Assembly: GCA_003141455.1 (NCBI GenBank)
Contig: PLMA01000026.1
Location: forward strand, 10,701 to 74,700
DNA length: 64,000 nucleotides
Direction of reading: 5' to 3'
From: Chloroflexota bacterium
GTDB taxonomy: Bacteria > Chloroflexota > Limnocylindria > Limnocylindrales > CSP1-4
Part shown: one piece after another, positions 57,845-64,000 of the stretch
Layout of the letters: every line of letters starts with the position of its first letter
How positions within the stretch are numbered: position 1 is the stretch's first letter
The notes under the pieces: model-generated
The model's database searches: none
Told to the model about the DNA's origin: nothing
The model's input: only the letters and a program-made list of their open reading frames with translations
Position numbers and translations under genes: made by a program

Positions 57845-58258
57845 CTAGATGGCCCGCATCCGGTTGTTCTTGGCGTTGTGCTCGACCTCGGCCAGTCCGA
57901 GCGCTTCCATGAGCGGCGGCACGTACATGCCGAACCGGCCGCGCAGGCCTTTCTTGAGGCCATACCAACCGCCGACGGGGTTCCCCGACGAGCGGCCCCA
58001 GGCTTCCACGGTGCCGTCTGCCGCGGGCTTCTGTTCGTCCGCGCTGCCGAGCGGGACCCAGTCGCCGCGCTCCTTGAGCATCGCGTGGAGATCGTCCAGG
58101 CAGCGGAGCTGGTAGCGCAGAACCGTAGTGCCAACCGTGCAGACGAGGGCCGGTGGATCAGAGCTCTCGTCCCGGTACATCTCGTAGGCGGAGGTTCCGC
58201 TGGGCGTCTTGAGCTGCCACGGCCGCGCCCGCGTGCCGTCGCCTTCGACCTTGTCCAT
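57845..58258 (-). CDS. Hypothetical protein
   Basis: 137-aa ORF with good coding periodicity; no recognisable domain. Confidence 0.4.
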   Translation of the reverse strand: MDKVEGDGTRARPWQLKTPSGTSAYEMYRDESSDPPALVCTVGTTVLRYQLRCLDDLHAMLKERGDWVPLGSADEQKPAADGTVEAWGRSSGNPVGGWYGLKKGLRGRFGMYVPPLMEALGLAEVEHNAKNNRMRAI

Positions 58259-58424
58259 GTGTACTTCGTCCTCTCGCTCGACCGAATGTGCTTGCGATCG
58301 TAGCGAAGGGCGGCCGAGCGATCCCGCGCGGGACCACCCGATGCGACACGTGGTCGCGCGGCGGACTCACGCCGATTGCGCGGACCGGCCGCGAGGGCCA
58401 CGGCCGAAGCGGGCGGCCCCGCGC

Positions 58425-59444
58425 TCACCAGGGGAAGGTCAGCGCTGTGGCAGTCTGGGCCCCGCCCAGGAATGGCAGCCCCCAGGCCAGCTCGATCGTG
58501 CGAAGCATCGAGTAGTGGTTGGTCGGCGCGTCCTGGCGGGATCCGGGCGACATTCCCGGAGTGACGGCGATCGTGGCGACGCGGCCGCCGCCCTTGAGAT
58601 TCGTCGACCCCTCGTCCCAGGTGATGAAGAGGACCGAGTTCCCGAAGGCCGCGCTGCCCGTGATCTCGGGTACGAAGGTTCGCAGGAAGACGTCTCCGGC
58701 TTCGGTCGAGCTGCTATGCATGTCGTTGATCTGGTTGGGGACGATGAACTCGAAGTTCGCGGCCGCGGGGTCGAATCCGGCCAGCCCGGTGATGTTCGCG
58801 CAGCGAGTCGGATTGCCGCTGATGGTCGTGTAGCTGATCGCCGGGTTGTGCTTGCGGACGTACTCGCCAGCGGCGCCGGGGCCGTCGACCACCGGGTTCG
58901 CGATCGAGCCCTGGAAGCACTTCCCGGGGTAGCCCTGCGCGTACACGTGCCAGGTGCGGCCGGAGACTTCGATCTGGTCGAAGAGGTTCGGGACGGTCAG
59001 GTCGTAGGCGCCGTCGCTGCTGGTGCCCTGAAGACCGCCCGAGGTGAGGGCGATGTAGTTGGGCTCAGACGGATGAGTCTCGGCATAGAACTGGGTGGCC
59101 AGGCCATACCGGGCAATCAGCGAGTTGAGATACGGCGCCGAGCTCGACCCCACGATGCTCGAGTACTCCTTGTTCTCCATGACGATCACGTAGACATGGC
59201 GGAAGTTCGGCACGCCGCCGCTCGTCGGGGAGGGCAATGGCGTCGGCGAGGCCGGGGATGCGGCCGAACCGGCGGCCGGCGGCGAAGTCGTGCCGGTGGC
59301 GGCCGGCGTCGTGACGACTGAACTCGGCACTACCGTTGCGTTCGGTGTGGTCCGCCCGCCGCTGCATGCCGAGAGCGCCAGCGCCGCGCACAGCGCCGCC
59401 AGGGCAAGCCGTGCAGTCGATCGATGCCGGATCTCGTGCCTCAT
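58425..59444 (-). CDS. Phosphoesterase-family lipoprotein (acid phosphatase/phospholipase C-type, PF04185-like)
   Basis: Lipobox LALSAC. Motifs HVYVIVMENK, PNYIALTSG and SVLFITWDEGS typical of the phosphoesterase family. ATG at 59444 overlaps the upstream stop. Confidence 0.7.
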   Translation of the reverse strand: MRHEIRHRSTARLALAALCAALALSACSGGRTTPNATVVPSSVVTTPAATGTTSPPAAGSAASPASPTPLPSPTSGGVPNFRHVYVIVMENKEYSSIVGSSSAPYLNSLIARYGLATQFYAETHPSEPNYIALTSGGLQGTSSDGAYDLTVPNLFDQIEVSGRTWHVYAQGYPGKCFQGSIANPVVDGPGAAGEYVRKHNPAISYTTISGNPTRCANITGLAGFDPAAANFEFIVPNQINDMHSSSTEAGDVFLRTFVPEITGSAAFGNSVLFITWDEGSTNLKGGGRVATIAVTPGMSPGSRQDAPTNHYSMLRTIELAWGLPFLGGAQTATALTFPW

Positions 59445-59857
59445 GCCGGTCCCGAGCTGCCGGCGTGGCGCAGCCGGTCCGGCAGCGAACTCGCCGCCGC
59501 GGCCAACAGGAATGGTCCGGCCAGCGCTGCAATCATCATCCAGTTGGCCGCCGTCATTCCGAAGTAGACCGGCAGCACGTAGCCGCCCGCCGGGTCGCCG
59601 CATCCGCACGCGGCGCGAGCGCCGTAGAAGACGAGCAGCACCAATGCGTCCAGGGTCCAAAGCATGGCGACGACCGTCGCGAGCAACCGTCGCCGAAGGG
59701 ACCACATCGCTCCGGCCGGAACCGCGATGAAGATCAGATCCACGACGCTCTCGAAGCCGAGGTTTCTGGTGGCAACGTCCGCGCCGCCCATTCCGGTGTC
59801 TACGAGGCCTCCGCCCGCGCCGATCCCCGCCAGCACGGCGGCCAGGCCGACCAGCAT
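59441..59857 (-). CDS. Small hypothetical membrane protein
   Basis: 3-4 predicted TM helices; translationally coupled (ATGA) to the phosphoesterase gene. Confidence 0.4.
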   Translation of the reverse strand: MLVGLAAVLAGIGAGGGLVDTGMGGADVATRNLGFESVVDLIFIAVPAGAMWSLRRRLLATVVAMLWTLDALVLLVFYGARAACGCGDPAGGYVLPVYFGMTAANWMMIAALAGPFLLAAAASSLPDRLRHAGSSGPA

Positions 59858-59981
59858 CGAGCGGGGCAAATCGATCTTCCTGGTCACGAGCCCGAGTCTA
59901 CGCCCGGCAGATCGCTGCCGGCGCGCCGCCACCACCCTCGAGGAAGTCGGGACGATCGGCGGGGTAGCTGGACGGCCGTTG

Positions 59982-61640
59982 TCACTCGGCCGCCCCGGAT
60001 GCCGTCCCGGCGGGCCCACGGGCAAGACCCACCCTGGCCGCCTGTTCGGCGTGGAAGTGGGCCCGCAGCGGCTTCTCTTTCAGTGCCAGGGTCGTCACGA
60101 ACGCCAGCGCGGCCGCGCCCACGCCCACCCACATCGAGTTGGCCAGGGCGATGGAGAAGGCCTCGTGGAAGCCGGAGATGTAGAACCCAACCAACTGCTG
60201 TGGTATGCCCGCCAGCGCGTCCGCGGGTGTGCTGCCGACCGCCGTCAGGCTTCCGACGTCGAAGCCTTTCGGGGCCGTCGGGGGGACCGCGCTCGAAGGC
60301 GCGCCGGCCCCGACGACCGAGTCGTGGATCAGACCCCAGGTGAGGTTGTTGCGGAAGAACGTGAAGGCGACCGTCAGCCCGAGCGAAGTGCCGATCTGGC
60401 GGATGAGGGTCAGGTCGCTGGTGGCCGTGCCCAGCCGCGCGAAGGGTACGTCGTTCTGCACGATCAAGGTGAAGATGGCCATGGTTGGTCCAACGCCGAG
60501 ACCGGCGATCAGCATCCAGGCCCACAGCGCGGGCGTGGACGTGTCGTCGCGCAGGTTGGTGAAGAGCGCCAGACCGATGGTCAGGGCCGCCATGGCGACA
60601 GCGAGCATGGCCTTGTAGCGGCCGGTTCGACTGACGATCTGGCCGGCCAGGATCGAGCTGAAGATCAGCCCGGCGAGGAACGGGAACAGGGCATAGCCGG
60701 AGGCCGTGGGACTGTCGCCCTTGACGACCTGGAACCACAACGGCAGGAAGATGATCAGCGTCGAGAACCCGAAGATGGCGAACAGAGTCGCCACCGCCGA
60801 CACCGCGAAGGTTCGGTTCTTGAACAGGTCGAGCGGGATGACCGGGTCTTCGGCGCGGGTCTCGGCGAAGAGGAAGGCCGCGAGCGAGATCAGGCCGACG
60901 GCGAACCAGCCAAGGACTGCCGGGTCCACCCAGCTGCTGGTTTCGGCCAGCGTCAGGGCGATGAGGGTCGGCACGATGGCCCCGGTCAGAAGCACAACTC
61001 CGGGGATGTCGAGGGTGAAACGGGCGCCGGCAGTGCGCACGGTCGGCAGCAGGCGGCCGATGAGATAGAGGGAGACGAACCCGATCGGCACGTTGACGAA
61101 GAAGATCCAGTGCCAGGAGATGTGTTCGGTGAGCAGGCCGCCGACGGCCGGTCCAACGAGGAAAGCAATGCCAAAGACGGCGCCGAACAGGCCCTGATAC
61201 TTGCCTCTCTCGGCCGGGGTGAAGAGGTCGCCGATTACCGCCAGCGAGATCGGGAAGAGCGCTCCGGCGCCCAGCCCCTGAACGCCACGGAAGAGGATCA
61301 ACTGCCACATCGTCTGGCTGATACCGGACAGGATCGAGCCGACCAGGAAGAGGCAAATGCCGACGACCAGCATCGGCTTGCGCCCGTAGAGATCGGACAG
61401 CTTGCCGTACACGGGGATGGCGGCGGTGCTCGTGACCAGGTATGCGGTCACGACCCAGGTGTAGAGGTCGATTCCGTTGAGATCCTTGGCGATCGTCGGC
61501 AGCACGGGTCCGACGATCGTCTGGTCGAGCGCGCCGAGGAAGAGCGCGAGCAGGATCGCGCCGAGGATCTCGAACCGGGCGCGGGAGTCGACCTCAACCG
61601 CCGCATGAACTGTCTCTTCCTGGCCGTTACCCGATGTCAT
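59982..61640 (-). CDS. MFS drug:H+ antiporter, DHA2 (14-TM) family
   Basis: Motif A region GKLSDLYGRKPML, 14 TMs, 552 aa. ATG at 61640 is preceded by AGGAGAG RBS. The longer ORF to 61814 is an over-extension. Confidence 0.85.
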   Translation of the reverse strand: MTSGNGQEETVHAAVEVDSRARFEILGAILLALFLGALDQTIVGPVLPTIAKDLNGIDLYTWVVTAYLVTSTAAIPVYGKLSDLYGRKPMLVVGICLFLVGSILSGISQTMWQLILFRGVQGLGAGALFPISLAVIGDLFTPAERGKYQGLFGAVFGIAFLVGPAVGGLLTEHISWHWIFFVNVPIGFVSLYLIGRLLPTVRTAGARFTLDIPGVVLLTGAIVPTLIALTLAETSSWVDPAVLGWFAVGLISLAAFLFAETRAEDPVIPLDLFKNRTFAVSAVATLFAIFGFSTLIIFLPLWFQVVKGDSPTASGYALFPFLAGLIFSSILAGQIVSRTGRYKAMLAVAMAALTIGLALFTNLRDDTSTPALWAWMLIAGLGVGPTMAIFTLIVQNDVPFARLGTATSDLTLIRQIGTSLGLTVAFTFFRNNLTWGLIHDSVVGAGAPSSAVPPTAPKGFDVGSLTAVGSTPADALAGIPQQLVGFYISGFHEAFSIALANSMWVGVGAAALAFVTTLALKEKPLRAHFHAEQAARVGLARGPAGTASGAAE

Positions 61641-61919
61641 TGGCTCTCCTTGCGCATGTGATCTCTCTGCGTCCGGCCAATCATCAGGGTGAAGTCGGCT
61701 TGCGAAGGACGATCGAAGATGCTGTCGAAAAGTGATGTGGAACGGGCCATAGGTTAAGACAGACGCGGGAATCCGTCGCGCGGCTGTCCAGTCGGTGGCG
61801 CCCTGCGCGTCCAAAGTTGGCGCATCGACGAACCTTGGATTGCCTAGCGGAATGTCGCCTGTCGAGCAACGCTCAGCGTACTCGCCGCGCCCAGACCTCG
61901 ATCAGGGCCGAGTCCGACT

Positions 61920-62792
61920 TCAGACGAACGCGGCGGCAGCGTAGCCCACCGTCCGGCGGGGATCGCCACCCGCGTCCGCGGAGGTCGCGGCGCCCAGGAG
62001 GATGCCGCGCACGGCGCCCATCTCCGCCAGCGCGGCCAGGGTCACCCGGACCGGGTCGATGCCGCACAGTCCGCAGACCAGCCCGGGCAGCTTGTCTCGC
62101 CGGAGCTTCGCGTCCAGGCCGTTGAGAGCGTCGGCGTTCAGTCGCAGAAGCGGCTCGAGCAGCTCCGCGTCCGCCACTTCGCAGACTCGGGCCGGCGGGT
62201 AGTGGGCCATGTCCGAGCTGGCCACGAGGAGGATTCGTTCTCCGGCAGCGCGCCGCCTGGCCAGCAGCCGGCCCAGGAGGAGGCCCGCCTGGGCATGAGC
62301 CCCAAGTCGCGGGCTGACTGCCAGCGGGACTATGCGCGCCGCCGGGCACGCCGCGGAAAGGAGTGGCAGCTGGACCTCGAGAGAGTGCTCCGTCAAATGC
62401 GCATCGGTGTCGGCCGCGAAGAAGGGGCCCAGGGCCGCGATCCGGGTCGCCAGGTCGTTGTCTATCGGGACCTCGCCGAGGGGAGTTCGCCAGGGACCGC
62501 CGGTCCAGACGCCGACGCCTCGAGCCGAGGCCTGATGATCAGTGCCGGCCAGCACGATGGTCGCCGGCCCCATCTCCCCTGCCAGTGCCCAGCTCAGCGC
62601 TGCCACGGCGCCCGAGTAGACCAGACCGGCATGCGGCACCAGCAGCCCCAGCACTGCAGAGGGCACGAGCTTCGCAGGTTTGGGCGTTCTCCTTGCCGCG
62701 GTCATCAGCTCCTCGACCATGGCCCGGAGTCGGGCCGGGTCCGCCGGGTAGAAGCTTCCGGCCACGGCCGGAGCCCGGGACTCGCCACTCAT
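61920..62792 (-). CDS. amrB: AmmeMemoRadiSam system protein B (Memo1-like)
   Basis: VAGSFYPADPARL N-terminus and Memo-family His/Asp motifs (LVPHAGLVYSG, ASSDMAHY). ATG at 62792 overlaps the AmrS stop (ATGA). Confidence 0.8.
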   Translation of the reverse strand: MSGESRAPAVAGSFYPADPARLRAMVEELMTAARRTPKPAKLVPSAVLGLLVPHAGLVYSGAVAALSWALAGEMGPATIVLAGTDHQASARGVGVWTGGPWRTPLGEVPIDNDLATRIAALGPFFAADTDAHLTEHSLEVQLPLLSAACPAARIVPLAVSPRLGAHAQAGLLLGRLLARRRAAGERILLVASSDMAHYPPARVCEVADAELLEPLLRLNADALNGLDAKLRRDKLPGLVCGLCGIDPVRVTLAALAEMGAVRGILLGAATSADAGGDPRRTVGYAAAAFV

Positions 62793-63817
62793 CGGACCGC
62801 CGCCGCGGCGTCGAACTCGACCAGGCCTACCCCCGCCAGCGTCCGGCCGCAGTGCACGCATCGGCCCTCGGCCAGCCCCGCTCGGGATGCCCGGAATCCC
62901 CGACGCCGGATCAGGGTCGCGCCGCAGCCCGCACAGTGGGTGTCTTGGTCGCCATCGTTCACGTTACCCGAGTAGACGTGGCGCAGTCCGGCGGCCTGCC
63001 CGATCTCGACGGTCCGTTCCACGGTCGCCTCTGGAGTCGGGTCCAGATCGGTAAGGCGGTAGGTCGGGAAGAAGCGGCTGACGTGCCAGGGCGTCTCCGG
63101 CCCGAGCTCGGCCGCGATCCAGCGGGCGAGCGCGGCGAGTCCGTCCGGGTCGTCGTTCAAGCCCGGGATCAGGAGCGTCGTCACCTCCACCCAGATGCCG
63201 CGTTGGCGCATCCCCACGAGGGCGGCCAGGATCGGGGCCAGACGTGCGCCGCACACCTTCCGGTAGAAGCGGTCGTCGAACGACTTGAGATCGACGTTGG
63301 CGGCCTCGATCAGTGGGCCCAGCAGGTCGAGCGCCTCCGGTGTCTGGTAGCCGTTCGTGACCAGAAGGTTGGCAAGACCGGCCTCGGCGGCCAGCCGAGC
63401 GGTGTCGAGCACGTACTCGATGAAGATCGTCGGCTCCGTGTACGTGTAGGCAATGCTGCGCGATCCCGCCGCGCGAGCGGCGCTGACGACGTCTCGGGGA
63501 GCCAGGGCGAAGGACGGGGCGGCGAACCCGTCCCTCGCGGCCTGCGAGATGGCCCAGTTCTGGCAATGCAGGCAGTGGAAGTTGCAGCCTCGGGTGGCGA
63601 TCGAGTAGGCGACGCTGCCGGGGTAGACGTGGAAGAGAGGCTTCTTCTCGATGGGGTCGGCGTTGGCCGCCACGGCGCGTCCGTACACGAGCGTGACCAG
63701 AGCTCCGTCCCGATTCTCGCGGACGCGGCAGATCCCGGCCCGGCCGTTCCGGATCAGGCATCGGTGGGCGCAGGCGACGCACCGGACGGCGCCGTGCGGC
63801 TCGGATAGGCCCAGCAC
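62789..63817 (-). CDS. amrS: AmmeMemoRadiSam system radical SAM enzyme AmrS
   Basis: N-terminal Cys cluster (VRCVACAHRCLIRNGRAGICRVREN), radical-SAM CNFHCLHCQNW, C-terminal CAGCG...CVHCG. GTG at 63817 chosen; the alternative ATG at 63985 adds 56 aa of non-conserved leader. Confidence 0.75.
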   Translation of the reverse strand: MLGLSEPHGAVRCVACAHRCLIRNGRAGICRVRENRDGALVTLVYGRAVAANADPIEKKPLFHVYPGSVAYSIATRGCNFHCLHCQNWAISQAARDGFAAPSFALAPRDVVSAARAAGSRSIAYTYTEPTIFIEYVLDTARLAAEAGLANLLVTNGYQTPEALDLLGPLIEAANVDLKSFDDRFYRKVCGARLAPILAALVGMRQRGIWVEVTTLLIPGLNDDPDGLAALARWIAAELGPETPWHVSRFFPTYRLTDLDPTPEATVERTVEIGQAAGLRHVYSGNVNDGDQDTHCAGCGATLIRRRGFRASRAGLAEGRCVHCGRTLAGVGLVEFDAAAAVR

Positions 63818-64000
63818 GGCGAGCCGGGCTGAGTTGCCGGTGAGTGGATGGGTCGGCGCTAGGGGCGGCAATGTGGCGGATTCCTCGGCCTGATGCTCGT
63901 CCCGAACCCGGGCCCGGGAAAGGGCCGAACGGCCCCAGAGCGCCGGCCCTAAAGCGAAGACCCGAACAGCGACACCGTTGGGCATGGTTGCCCGGCAAGT

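Overview
High-GC (~70%) bacterial chromosome segment, probably Actinomycetota or Chloroflexota; ECF transporter, DarA, SpoIIIAA-like ATPase, GT87 and GpgS hint at a deep-branching actinobacterium or Chloroflexi. It looks like dense core-genome housekeeping with several unusual operons. I see no transposase, integrase, CRISPR array or rRNA. The window opens with the 3' end of a tRNA-Thr. Gene calls were made by reading the six-frame track for recognisable protein families and refining starts to ATG/GTG codons where N-terminal homology, RBS or 4-nt stop/start overlaps supported it. Many long opposite-strand ORFs are GC artefacts and were discarded. The most interesting content, in window order: (1) a translationally coupled minus-strand operon, GT-A glycosyltransferase -> tandem-USP::glucosyl-3-phosphoglycerate synthase fusion -> glycerate kinase -> endonuclease III, a glucosylglycerate-type compatible-solute module in unusual form. 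(2) A catalytically degenerate ATP-dependent DNA-ligase-like protein beside it. (3) A TadG-like split-vWA protein carrying five ~65-aa tandem repeats of an unrecognised domain, with a TadE-like gene and an orphan OmpR regulator. (4) A cobalamin riboswitch driving two secreted proteins that together resemble a split transcobalamin (alpha/alpha toroid plus DUF4430-like), followed by an ECF transporter (EcfT, fused EcfA-A', EcfS). (5) A GAF-GGDEF protein with degenerate active site but intact I-site, divergent from a DarA-like c-di-AMP receptor. (6) Two paralogous proteins of an unrecognised family 2.5 kb apart. (7) AmmeMemoRadiSam components (radical SAM AmrS plus Memo-like AmrB) at the window end.
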